This document shows positions 1 to 8,595 of a stretch of DNA of 64,000 nt, in pieces. The notes under the pieces were generated by a model. That model saw only the letters and a program-made list of their open reading frames with translations. It was not told the origin of the DNA and did no database searches. Position numbers and translations under genes: made by a program. The DNA comes from Deltaproteobacteria bacterium (GTDB taxonomy: Bacteria > Myxococcota_A > Polyangia > JAAYKL01): positions 15,907 through 79,906 of the forward strand of contig JAUVDV010000004.1 in assembly GCA_030595125.1 (NCBI GenBank), read 5' to 3'. Numbering within the stretch: position 1 is the first letter of the stretch; the number at the start of each line of letters is the position of its first letter.

Positions 1-300
1 ATTTAAGTTGCGGTCGTCGAACAGCGCTAACCTGTAGCTCCCCTTCGGCAACAAGAAAACCGCCGCCCTGAGCTTGGCATCGACAACTTTAAATGCAGCG
101 ATGGTCTGTTCTCCCTCGCGCTCCTCGTGGGGTTGATACACAACCGCCACCAGCTGCCCCTCGGGTGTGCCGCCCTTCTTAACAAGGACGTGAAGCTGAC
201 GCTGATCCTCCAGCAGGCGCACGTCCGCCTGCATTCGCGCTATAAAACAGGCGCTCACCGTAACTCCGATAATCGCAAATATTGCCGCCGTCTTAAGCAT
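1..300 (-). CDS. Putative lipoprotein, partial (runs off the window edge; not in the ORF track)
   Basis: Manual translation from ATG at 300: MLKTAAIFAIIGVTVSAC-FIARMQADV...LPKGSYRLALFDDRNLN, open for 100 codons to base 1. Hydrophobic signal ends in a VSAC lipobox. The GSYRLALFDD motif loosely resembles DUF2141-type beta domains (from recall). Confidence 0.6.
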   Translation of the reverse strand, partial: MLKTAAIFAIIGVTVSACFIARMQADVRLLEDQRQLHVLVKKGGTPEGQLVAVVYQPHEEREGEQTIAAFKVVDAKLRAAVFLLPKGSYRLALFDDRNLN

Positions 301-437
301 TCTGTGATCTCCCTAAAGCCTCACTACACATAAATTACCACTCGCTGCTGATATCCATTCCGTATACTTCGTAAAATGGCAATAGGGGTCAACACCCATC
401 ACATATCACTTTCCCGGTGTAAATTGAGAACCCAGCA

Positions 438-1985
438 TCAATCTATGCCGTGCCTCGACAGAATCACATGCTGGTGTACCTCCCGCGTATCCACGTATCC
501 ATCGCGTCCCTCCGTGAGCAATATGAGCGCCGGGTAGATATATGACGGATTTTGTTCCACCGCCTCGATAATGTCCCTGACCAGCGGATGATTTCTGGAG
601 ATCCTGTACTCGCTGCGCCCGTCTCCCCTTTTCACCTCGGCCCAGGGACGACGTTGTGCATCGGCCATTCTCACCTTGATTTCAAACGGCCTCGCTTCAC
701 CCGCAAGCGAGAATCCTCCCGAGCGCACCTCTGCCGAAACCGCCTCGAGGAACCTTTCCTCGGACGGCTCCAGATGTGCCGCTCTCACCGGTTTTCCCGG
801 TCCGCCGCGCAGGGCGCGCCCCATTTTCTTTTTCAGATCCCGCAAGCGCGACTTGATGGTGGCGTAGATCCCGAAGCGCCCATATCGGGTAGGCGGGGGG
901 AGAAGCTCTACTCCAATTTCGTCTTCGAGGAACGCCCGCTGCGCAGCATCGATCCGCAGCACCTTGCGTCCCTCCAGGTCATAGCTTTGCAAGGATTCGC
1001 TCGGATGGATGGCAAACAACCGGCCATCGGCCGATTTCCTTGCGACAGCCTCAAGATCGAGGGGCGCTGCGCCCACCATCCGAAATGCGGCCACGTTCTT
1101 CAACAGCTTCTGCTCGCGAGTGTGCTTGTAGCGATCGAACAGGAGTTCGAGGGCCCTGGTTTTTCCCTTATCCCCCAGCTGCGGAAAATGACGCGTCAAC
1201 CTGGCGTAAAGACGACGGGATGCCCTCCGAAGAGTGCTCCAGCTCGCCGAAAAGTCATCGTCTTTTTCGTCGATGATCGCATGGAAAACCATGCCGTTGA
1301 CGGGAGGCCTGACCTTCTCCTCCTCGCGAATTCCGTTCTTCAACTGAACGATTCGGGTGAGATCGCTCTTGTACGGAAGACCTACCGTGCCGTGGAGACG
1401 AGCGTTTCTGATGTCCACATCCAGGAGATGTTGCTCGATTCTCGGCCCGTGGTTGATTCGCTCACCGTTTAGCCTGATAGGGACTATCGAGTACTTGCAG
1501 GCCTCCACAATGAGTCGCTTCTCCAATCTCGGCAAACGCCCCTTGCCCCGAACAACGATGCGGGAATCCTCCTGCTGTGAGGCATCGAAACTCCTGACCC
1601 CCTTGCGCGAAACGAACTCCAGGCCCCTTCCCCTCCCGTCCACCTGGCCGCTGAACTCAACCCTGGCCTTCGACACCGAGAACGCGGCCAACAACCCCAG
1701 GCCATCGTCCTTCTCCAGTTCCACCAGCGCGTTGTGGCGATTCGCGGCAGATCGATCCTCGTCGAAGATGACTATCAGACGCCTCAGGGACGCCATCGAA
1801 AAATCTCTTCCGTCATGGGTCAATTTGAAATGACGTGATGTTGTCTCGATGTCTATCAATAACGGTCGGCAAGACGCCGCGTACTTGATCAGCTCGACCG
1901 CATAGTCACCAACGGTCTTGAAGCGCTGCTGCGCCAACTTGCGGATCTCCGCATCCACATCGATACGCAGAAGATCCCGGATCAT
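438..1985 (-). CDS. Degenerate HSP90/GHKL-like protein (probable pseudo-ATPase)
   Basis: 515 aa. Eroded GHKL boxes: ELIKYAAS (N-box Asn absent), THDGRDFS (G1), DDGLGLLAAF (G2). C-terminal ISRNHPLV resembles the HtpG INPxHPLI motif. ATGA overlap with the upstream gene. Confidence 0.65.
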   Translation of the reverse strand: MIRDLLRIDVDAEIRKLAQQRFKTVGDYAVELIKYAASCRPLLIDIETTSRHFKLTHDGRDFSMASLRRLIVIFDEDRSAANRHNALVELEKDDGLGLLAAFSVSKARVEFSGQVDGRGRGLEFVSRKGVRSFDASQQEDSRIVVRGKGRLPRLEKRLIVEACKYSIVPIRLNGERINHGPRIEQHLLDVDIRNARLHGTVGLPYKSDLTRIVQLKNGIREEEKVRPPVNGMVFHAIIDEKDDDFSASWSTLRRASRRLYARLTRHFPQLGDKGKTRALELLFDRYKHTREQKLLKNVAAFRMVGAAPLDLEAVARKSADGRLFAIHPSESLQSYDLEGRKVLRIDAAQRAFLEDEIGVELLPPPTRYGRFGIYATIKSRLRDLKKKMGRALRGGPGKPVRAAHLEPSEERFLEAVSAEVRSGGFSLAGEARPFEIKVRMADAQRRPWAEVKRGDGRSEYRISRNHPLVRDIIEAVEQNPSYIYPALILLTEGRDGYVDTREVHQHVILSRHGID

Positions 1986-4888
1986 GGTGCAACCCTCAGC
2001 ATGTCCAGGGCGGCTTTCTCGCGAATCGATTCACGCTCCGGTCGCAACAGCTCACTCCTTGCCAGGATCACATCCAGGAGGAGGAAGGCCGCCAGCGCGG
2101 GATCCACGCTCCACAGGGCCGTCCGTCGTCGCACGTCCTCGTCCGTTGGCGAAACCGCGACAAACCAGCGCGGCCAACGGGATCCGGATTCCAACCCCAG
2201 GCCGCGAAGATCAACGTCCCGGCTGATATTGCCCACGAGGCCTCGACAGGCGACCACGGTTCGCTCGGGCATGCCCGCCAGCCCGATGAGACGATCGACC
2301 TCGTCAATCAAATGGCCCGAGCGCTGCAATTCTCTTGGCAGGTCTGTAGCGCGTGTGGGCTTTAGCGCCGCAACCTCGTCCAGATCGACGATCCCGTGCA
2401 ACCGGGAAATGATCTCTCCGAAGGCCGGATCCCGATTTGCCAAAATCCGTGCCTTTCGCTCCGTCGCTCGACGCACCAGTGACGGAGCGCCCGACGAGTG
2501 CCAGAGCCTTCCTTTCCTCCCCAACGATGTCGCCTCGTCAAGGGACATCTTCTTATTCTTGCCCAGCACGGGTAGCAACCGCCGCGATGAAAGGCCGCTC
2601 CCCCGCAACCAAACCTCCGGCTGTACGATCGCGCTGTTCAGCATTTTGGCCGCAATCTTTCTCATGGCCTCCACGCCACCCGGAGCGTTGATTTTTTTTG
2701 CCCCTCTTCCAGCCAGGAGCAACAACAAGGCAATGATTCCCGCGAGACCTGCCACCGTGGCGGCGGCGAGCGCAACTACCCTTGCCCCGGCGTTCCCCGA
2801 ATGACGGCCCCGGTCCCCGGTCATGGTTTTGTCCGGGGTTGGCCCAATTTGTTTCGCGGGGTCGATGGCCGGTGGCGTGCCCGGGTAGGAACCCGTGGCG
2901 TCCGCAGTCACCCAAGTGCCGTCGTGGTACTCGATCCAGGCGTGCATGCCGGATATGGCCTCTCCATTCTCACCGACGATGCCGATGGCAAGACGGGACG
3001 GGACGCCGGCGCGTCGCAGCATAACTATCGCAAGGGTGTTCTTGACGTCACAGTCCCCCCTCGCCAGGGTGGTGACGAATTCAATCCAACCGGACTTCGG
3101 CGAGGACCCGAGGAATTCATTGTAAGCCTGCGCGGTGGTCGTCGAACGATCGTAGGCAATGGTCGGCTGAACGAAACGAGTGATTGCCTCCACTCTGCGG
3201 TCGGTATCGATCGCCGCCGCCGCCCTCGAGGTAATCGCGCTGTACGCCACCGGCAACCTCATCCGTGAAGGGACGCGCAGGAGATCGTTCCACCGGGATG
3301 GATCGAGGGGCTCGGTGCCCGGCCCGGTTCGATAACGGAGCTTCCCCGCCACCAGGCTGGACAGGGACAGCACCGGCTCTCCCTTCCCGGTGATCATAAG
3401 GGGCCTGATCTTTTGGTCGTCCAGCCAGACGCTGTCCGGCTCCACGCGATGCCCGGTGGGCACCGGAATGGCCAGTATCCCCGGCCCCGCGTGAACGCTC
3501 GTCTCCACGTCATAGCACCCGGCGGCGCAGCGATAGGACGGCGCGAGCTTGGCCGGCACCGGCGGCCCCGCGATGATCCCTCTTCCGGCGTCCAGCGACT
3601 CGGCAGTGGCAATCTTGAAGAGCGTATCCTCCGGCGGTGAGTATTTCAGCAACAACCGGGATCCCTTGTAAAGAGGCTCCACCATGGGACCATCGAAACC
3701 GTCGCCCGTATCGAGCGTGGACGCGGCATCCGAGTGGGGCATCAATACCGTCTTCGACGGATCCCCCGACGCGAACGCGTCGGGCGAGGCCTCCGTAACA
3801 ACGGATGTGAGCTCGATGTCCTTGTTCAGAAAGAACCAATACACCGAAAGCGCGCAGGCCAGGGCCAGGACGAGGGTGATGATCAGCGTTCCCACTATGG
3901 GGATCAGGCGACCGCCCAGCCGAAGATCTTCGATGGCCCCGATGAACCAGTCCTTCAGTCTCTCGCTGAACGGTCGCGGCGAGAGACTGTCCAGGTACCT
4001 GCCCACGAGCTCCCGCATCCTCCTGCGGGCGATCCTCCGGACCCGCGCAAGGGCTCGATCGTCCACAACCGCCCTGCGATCCAACGTCACCGAAAGATTG
4101 TTGCCGTTGAGAACATATACCGGCGCGAGCCCCTCCGGATGAGACGCGTCGTCCAGGGATCTGGCGCCGTATCGGAGCTCATCCAGGGTAGTCCCTCGCC
4201 ACACCAGCAGCCCCCGCGCATAGAGTTCGATCTTGGGTCGATGCCCCAGCCCCACTACCCCCTCCACAGATCCGTTCTTGAAAGCCATCCAGCAAGGGCC
4301 GTCAATACTGAACGGCCTGTCGATACGAACACCGTTGAAGTAGACGGGAAGATGGGAAGCATCGGGGTTGTTACGGCGCAGGTACCGGCAATACCTGTTG
4401 AGTGCATTCTCGATGTCGCGAAGCACTCCGGGATCCTCATCGTCATTGATCGTACACTCGAGGCGGATTCGCGTCCCTACGGATCCAATATTCGGCACAA
4501 GTCGCCGATCGCGCTTGAGATCCCCGTCGAAGGCCCGCGCCCAGGCCTCTCCGTCGGCGGTCATGGATTCGATGACGATTCGATGTGGATCGAAGAGGAG
4601 GACTGACCAGAAGCCGACCCCGTACCGACCGGCGCTCCGTGTCTCACCCTCCTTGCTTGATGCATACAGGGTGAACAGGTAGTCCTGAGCGTCGACGAAG
4701 CTCATCCCATCTCCGTCGTCCGCGAATTCGAGCATAAGTTCGTCGCCGTCCATCGAGGCGGTTACGTTGATATTCGTCGCGCCCGCATCTCTAGAGTTTT
4801 GCGCCAGCTCGCGCAGAAAGACCAGGCGGTCTTCCCCGTATCGGAGGCCTTCCTCGAGCGCTCGTGATCGAAAATCGTCAAAATTCAC
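1982..4888 (-). CDS. Membrane-spanning HSP90-like GHKL ATPase fused to a transglutaminase-like (Cys-His-Asp) domain
   Basis: GHKL motifs RELAQNSRDAG, DDGDGM, GRYGVGFWSV, GTRI, plus an HSP90 middle-domain-like loop NLSVTLDRR. TM1 near 3830-3915 and TM2 near 2705-2780. Between them: GDCDVKN...LRRAGVPSRLAIG...HAWIEY...WVTADAT. Start chosen at GTG 4888 (TATCCT lies 6 nt upstream); the ORF track starts at 4906. Confidence 0.85.
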   Translation of the reverse strand: MNFDDFRSRALEEGLRYGEDRLVFLRELAQNSRDAGATNINVTASMDGDELMLEFADDGDGMSFVDAQDYLFTLYASSKEGETRSAGRYGVGFWSVLLFDPHRIVIESMTADGEAWARAFDGDLKRDRRLVPNIGSVGTRIRLECTINDDEDPGVLRDIENALNRYCRYLRRNNPDASHLPVYFNGVRIDRPFSIDGPCWMAFKNGSVEGVVGLGHRPKIELYARGLLVWRGTTLDELRYGARSLDDASHPEGLAPVYVLNGNNLSVTLDRRAVVDDRALARVRRIARRRMRELVGRYLDSLSPRPFSERLKDWFIGAIEDLRLGGRLIPIVGTLIITLVLALACALSVYWFFLNKDIELTSVVTEASPDAFASGDPSKTVLMPHSDAASTLDTGDGFDGPMVEPLYKGSRLLLKYSPPEDTLFKIATAESLDAGRGIIAGPPVPAKLAPSYRCAAGCYDVETSVHAGPGILAIPVPTGHRVEPDSVWLDDQKIRPLMITGKGEPVLSLSSLVAGKLRYRTGPGTEPLDPSRWNDLLRVPSRMRLPVAYSAITSRAAAAIDTDRRVEAITRFVQPTIAYDRSTTTAQAYNEFLGSSPKSGWIEFVTTLARGDCDVKNTLAIVMLRRAGVPSRLAIGIVGENGEAISGMHAWIEYHDGTWVTADATGSYPGTPPAIDPAKQIGPTPDKTMTGDRGRHSGNAGARVVALAAATVAGLAGIIALLLLLAGRGAKKINAPGGVEAMRKIAAKMLNSAIVQPEVWLRGSGLSSRRLLPVLGKNKKMSLDEATSLGRKGRLWHSSGAPSLVRRATERKARILANRDPAFGEIISRLHGIVDLDEVAALKPTRATDLPRELQRSGHLIDEVDRLIGLAGMPERTVVACRGLVGNISRDVDLRGLGLESGSRWPRWFVAVSPTDEDVRRRTALWSVDPALAAFLLLDVILARSELLRPERESIREKAALDMLRVAP

Positions 4889-4944
4889 AATACGAGGATA
4901 CCGCACCCTGAATTACAACGAAAATCCACGTTTCTTTTTATTGC

Positions 4945-6642
4945 TCAATTGCGACGCCTGAATTTTCGCGCGCGGATCATGGACAGCAATACCAGCAACC
5001 CGAACCCGCCCGCCGTGTATACGGCATACTCGGTGAGGTCTTTGCGTCCACAGTGATGAAAGTAGATTCCCGTGGCGCCCGAGGCTATACCGCACAGCGC
5101 GAAGATCAATTGATGGGTGGCGCTGTACAGGAGGTCGGCCGCCGGTGAGATGCCCTCCACCCGAAAACTGATCTTTCCCGCGAGGGAGCGATTGACGACC
5201 TTCTCCAGGAGTGTGGGTAACGACAGAAACGCGAGTATTTTTTCCCTGGTCACGTCGAACAGCATCTCGGACCAGTCGCGATCTTTGCCGAGAACGAACT
5301 CCTCCAGATATGGCCGGATGGTATCGGCCGGGTTCATCTTGGGATCCAGGTGGGTGCACAAGCCGGTGAGAAGTAGTGCTGCCCGCTCCAGCAATACCCA
5401 CTCCCGAGGCATGTGAAACGCGTCCGAGAGCTCTCTCAAACCCACGTTCATCTGCTTGAGGTCGGCAAGCTGCTCCAGTCCCTTGCTGGTGTCGATCTTG
5501 ACAGACGAGAGGGAGAAGCTCTCCAGCCGGATCTCGTCCTGAAATTTGCGATGAAAAAACTCGATAACCCGTGCCGCCGCCTCCGATTGATCCGTTCCGA
5601 CTCTCAGGAACCCCATGTCGCGAATGGATCGAAGGAGTTGCTCCTCGTCGCCCTTGATGATCGCTTCGAGGAATGAGCTGATGCCCTGACGCATGGCGGG
5701 ATCCAGATGTCCAACGGCCCCGAAGTCCAGCAGGACCAGCTTGCCGTCGGCTTGCACCAGCACGTTTCCCGGGTGGGGATCCGCATGATAAAGCCCGTCC
5801 ACGAAAAGCATCTGACAGTAGATCGTCAACAGGTCTTTGGCGATCTCCGACGGATCCAGTCCCTGCCTGGTTAGCTCTTCCACATCCGTGATCTTGGTCC
5901 CGTCAACATACTCCAGGGTGAGCACCCTCGACGTGGAGAGATCCTTGTACACCCTGGTAAAAACCACCTTGTCATTTTCCTCGAAGTTCGCGGCGATGGC
6001 CTCGATGTGCTTGGCTTCCTTCTCGAAATCGAGTTCGTCGAGAATCATCGCCTTTATCTCATGGTAGTAATTGTTCAGACCACGGGTCTTGAAAAAGAAC
6101 CTGATGATACCGAGGATTCGCTTGATGGTCTTGAGGTCGGCCCTCGCCATGGACTCTACGCCGATGTGCTGCACCTTCACCGCCACCCTGTGACCTTCAT
6201 GGGTTGTGGCCTCGTGAACCTGGCCGAGAGATGCGGAGGCTTCGGGCTCCACCTTGAAAGAGGCGAAGACCTCCGAGGGCAAGCCGCCGAGCTCTTCCCT
6301 GATGCGCCGCTCGATCTGGGCGTATGGTCGAGAGGGCACTGAATCCTGCAGGTTCTCCAACCCGGCCCGGAACTCCTCGGGCAGGAAGTTGGTCATTATA
6401 CTGAAAAGCTGGCCCACCTTGATGAACAAGCCCTGCAACTTGAGGATGGTCTCCTCAATTCGCCGCGCATTGCGTCGATGGGCATCCTCTATGCGATCTT
6501 CCCGGTATCGTTCCCCGAAGATCCGGGTCATCATGTTCAGCCACAAATATGAGCCCAACACCAGGAACGTAGTCATATACGCCTTCAGAAAACGAAAGGT
6601 CGCCCTGGTCGGAGCCGATTTGTTTAGATGCGTCCGGTCCAT
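4945..6642 (-). CDS. ABC1/AarF/UbiB-family atypical protein kinase
   Basis: GLFIKVGQLFS, ASASLGQVH, VAVKVQH, ELDFEKEA, HADPHPGN, LLDFGAVG; C-terminal TM hairpin. Confidence 0.93.
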   Translation of the reverse strand: MDRTHLNKSAPTRATFRFLKAYMTTFLVLGSYLWLNMMTRIFGERYREDRIEDAHRRNARRIEETILKLQGLFIKVGQLFSIMTNFLPEEFRAGLENLQDSVPSRPYAQIERRIREELGGLPSEVFASFKVEPEASASLGQVHEATTHEGHRVAVKVQHIGVESMARADLKTIKRILGIIRFFFKTRGLNNYYHEIKAMILDELDFEKEAKHIEAIAANFEENDKVVFTRVYKDLSTSRVLTLEYVDGTKITDVEELTRQGLDPSEIAKDLLTIYCQMLFVDGLYHADPHPGNVLVQADGKLVLLDFGAVGHLDPAMRQGISSFLEAIIKGDEEQLLRSIRDMGFLRVGTDQSEAAARVIEFFHRKFQDEIRLESFSLSSVKIDTSKGLEQLADLKQMNVGLRELSDAFHMPREWVLLERAALLLTGLCTHLDPKMNPADTIRPYLEEFVLGKDRDWSEMLFDVTREKILAFLSLPTLLEKVVNRSLAGKISFRVEGISPAADLLYSATHQLIFALCGIASGATGIYFHHCGRKDLTEYAVYTAGGFGLLVLLSMIRARKFRRRN

Positions 6643-6696
6643 GGCCCAAATCCCCTTGTGAAGGCTTCGGCTCCCCTGACGCTATGACGTCTTGAG

Positions 6697-7464
6697 CTAA
6701 GGTTGCCTTACGAGAAGCACCGTGATGTTGTCGCTCCCGCCGGCGCGGTTCGCCGCCTCGATCAGCTCGTGGCAAACGACCTGCAAGTCCTGTTGATAAC
6801 GCTGAACGGTATCGAGCATTGTGGCGTCGGATATCTCGCCGTTCAACCCATCCGAACACATCAGAAAAATATCTCCGGGGTTCGGCGTGTCGAAGAAGGT
6901 ATCCACCTTCACCGACTCTTTCATCCCAAGAGCCCTTACGATCACGTTTTTATGCGGGAAGCTCTCGATCTCCTCGGGCGAGAGCTTCTTCATCTTGATG
7001 TAATCGTTGAGCAGTGAATGGTCTTCCGAGAGTTGCTCGATCTCGCCATCTCTTACACGGTAGATCCTGCTGTCTCCCACATGGGCGAGATAGAAGCCCT
7101 CCTCCACGCAATAGATTGCCGTGATGGTAGTGCCCATTCCCTTGTACTTGGTCTTGCGCTTGGCAGCCTCGTGGATACGAAGATTGGCCAGCTTGATCCC
7201 GGTGATCAGGCGGTTCTCCTCGTACCTCCGCGACCTGTCCATCTTGTACGGCCAGGTGAGCTCCGGATCTTCCCTCGTTTCTTTGTAAAAAGTCTTGAGA
7301 GTCTCCACGGCCATCTGGCTCGCCACTTCCCCGGAGGCATGACCTCCCATGCCGTCACACACGATGAACAAGTTCTCGCTCTCGACTATCGAAAACGTAT
7401 CCTCGTTATGATTGCGCTTCATCCCGACATTCGTCTCGCCGGCTACCTGCACTGGAATCTTCAC
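6697..7464 (-). CDS. pph1: PP2C/PPM-family Ser/Thr phosphatase, Pph1-like
   Basis: VGMKRNHNED, VCDGMGGHASGEVAS, HVGDSRIY, SDGL, GGSDNIT. The segment TWPYKMDRSRRYEENRLITGIKLAN matches my recollection of myxobacterial Pph1. Confidence 0.85.
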   Translation of the reverse strand: MKIPVQVAGETNVGMKRNHNEDTFSIVESENLFIVCDGMGGHASGEVASQMAVETLKTFYKETREDPELTWPYKMDRSRRYEENRLITGIKLANLRIHEAAKRKTKYKGMGTTITAIYCVEEGFYLAHVGDSRIYRVRDGEIEQLSEDHSLLNDYIKMKKLSPEEIESFPHKNVIVRALGMKESVKVDTFFDTPNPGDIFLMCSDGLNGEISDATMLDTVQRYQQDLQVVCHELIEAANRAGGSDNITVLLVRQP

Positions 7465-7484
7465 GTGTTCCTCGCCTTTTGTTA

Positions 7485-8489
7485 CTACTGCCCGGGCGCC
7501 GGCGCAGGCACCGGGGCCACACCGGGTTGAACCGGGGGCACCGCACCGGGTTGAGTCGGAATCGGAGGCATCGTGGGTCCTGTGGGCATACCAGGAACCG
7601 ACGGTAGGGCTGTCGGCATGCCGGGGACCTGCGGAATTTGCAACTGCTCCATGCCCGACGGCACATTGACATTAAAATCGGATATGGATGGCGTCAGGAA
7701 GAATGCCCAGACCACCCATCCAACCACGGTCATCGTGATCAACGCTCCCACTCCGATGATGATCCAGAGCCACAACTTGCCGCCCTTCTTCACCGGAAGA
7801 CTCATATCGTCCGCCATATCGCCCATTCCATCGGCCAAATCTCCTCCGACGGCATCTGACGCCATGTCACCCGCCAGATCTCCGGCTTCTCCGGCGGCCT
7901 CCGCGAAGCCAGCCGTTTCAGGAACCGCGTCGCCAAGCGCAGGGATGGCCTCTGTGGCAGAGGCCGGTCCAGTGATCGGATCCCCAATAACATCGCCGGC
8001 GCCATCCACGGCCGCCATTCCCAGCATGGTGGCCTTGTAAGCATCGTCACCTGCCGGTTCAGAGGCAGGAGCTTTGCTCGGCGCCTTGTCGTCTGGCGTC
8101 GCCGGTGCTGCGGGTGTCGCCGGTGCTGCAGGCTTCGCCGGTGCTGCGGGCGCGGCCGGCATCGGCATCTTCATGGCCGGCATGCCGAACACTGTTTTAT
8201 TGGCGGCTTGACCACCTGCTGCAGCCGCCTTGGCCATCGGTGCTGCGGCCGGCTTGGCCATCGGTGCTGCGGCCGACTTGGCCATCGGTGCTGCAGCCGA
8301 CTTGGCCATCGGTGCTGCGGCCGGCTTGGCCGGTGTCGCTGCGGCCGGCTTGGCCGGCTCGGGTTTCTTTTCGGTAGATTTCATGGGCATATCTCCGCTG
8401 CTCTTGACGCCAGCCGTTCCACCGGGCGCAACAGGCGCACCTTCAGTCTTGTCCTTTGCCCCGGGAATTCCAAAAACAGTCTTGGCCAT
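7485..8489 (-). CDS. Low-complexity Ala/Pro/Lys-rich single-pass membrane protein
   Basis: 334 aa; AAGGAG SD; AAAPMAKS repeats; motifs KTVFGIP, KTVFGMP, KATMLGM; one TM (LWLWIIIGVGALITMTVVGWVVWAFFL); Pro-rich C-terminal tail. Confidence 0.8.
   Translation of the reverse strand: MAKTVFGIPGAKDKTEGAPVAPGGTAGVKSSGDMPMKSTEKKPEPAKPAAATPAKPAAAPMAKSAAAPMAKSAAAPMAKPAAAPMAKAAAAGGQAANKTVFGMPAMKMPMPAAPAAPAKPAAPATPAAPATPDDKAPSKAPASEPAGDDAYKATMLGMAAVDGAGDVIGDPITGPASATEAIPALGDAVPETAGFAEAAGEAGDLAGDMASDAVGGDLADGMGDMADDMSLPVKKGGKLWLWIIIGVGALITMTVVGWVVWAFFLTPSISDFNVNVPSGMEQLQIPQVPGMPTALPSVPGMPTGPTMPPIPTQPGAVPPVQPGVAPVPAPAPGQ
8230..8349. repeat. 24-bp coding tandem repeat, 4 near-identical copies plus 1 degenerate
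   Basis: Unit ttggccatcggtgctgc(g/a)gccg(g/a)c at 8230, 8254, 8278, 8302; degenerate copy at 8326. Confidence 0.9.
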
Positions 8490-8503
8490 GTAGAGAACTC
8501 CTT

Positions 8504-8521
8504 GCCAACCCGCCGGTTGGC
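8504..8521. promoter_or_regulatory. 7-bp perfect hairpin next to the SD of the 7485-8489 gene
   Basis: GCCAACC-cgcc-GGTTGGC. On the minus strand it is followed directly by AAGGAG and has no U-tract, so a 5'-UTR structure is more likely than a terminator. Confidence 0.4.
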
Positions 8522-8595
8522 TTTCAAACGAATGTCAAAGTATGCGTAAAACCAAAGACAAAATCTACTTCGAACATGGATTTGGATCAACAGGA

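Noticed and set aside
4945-6642. Naming this gene ubiB
   Set aside because: Family motifs are clear, but there is no ubiE/ubiJ context and ABC1 paralogues are common.
7485-8489. Calling this protein GltJ/AgmX
   Set aside because: No zinc-ribbon or GYF-like domain is visible; only low complexity and one TM.
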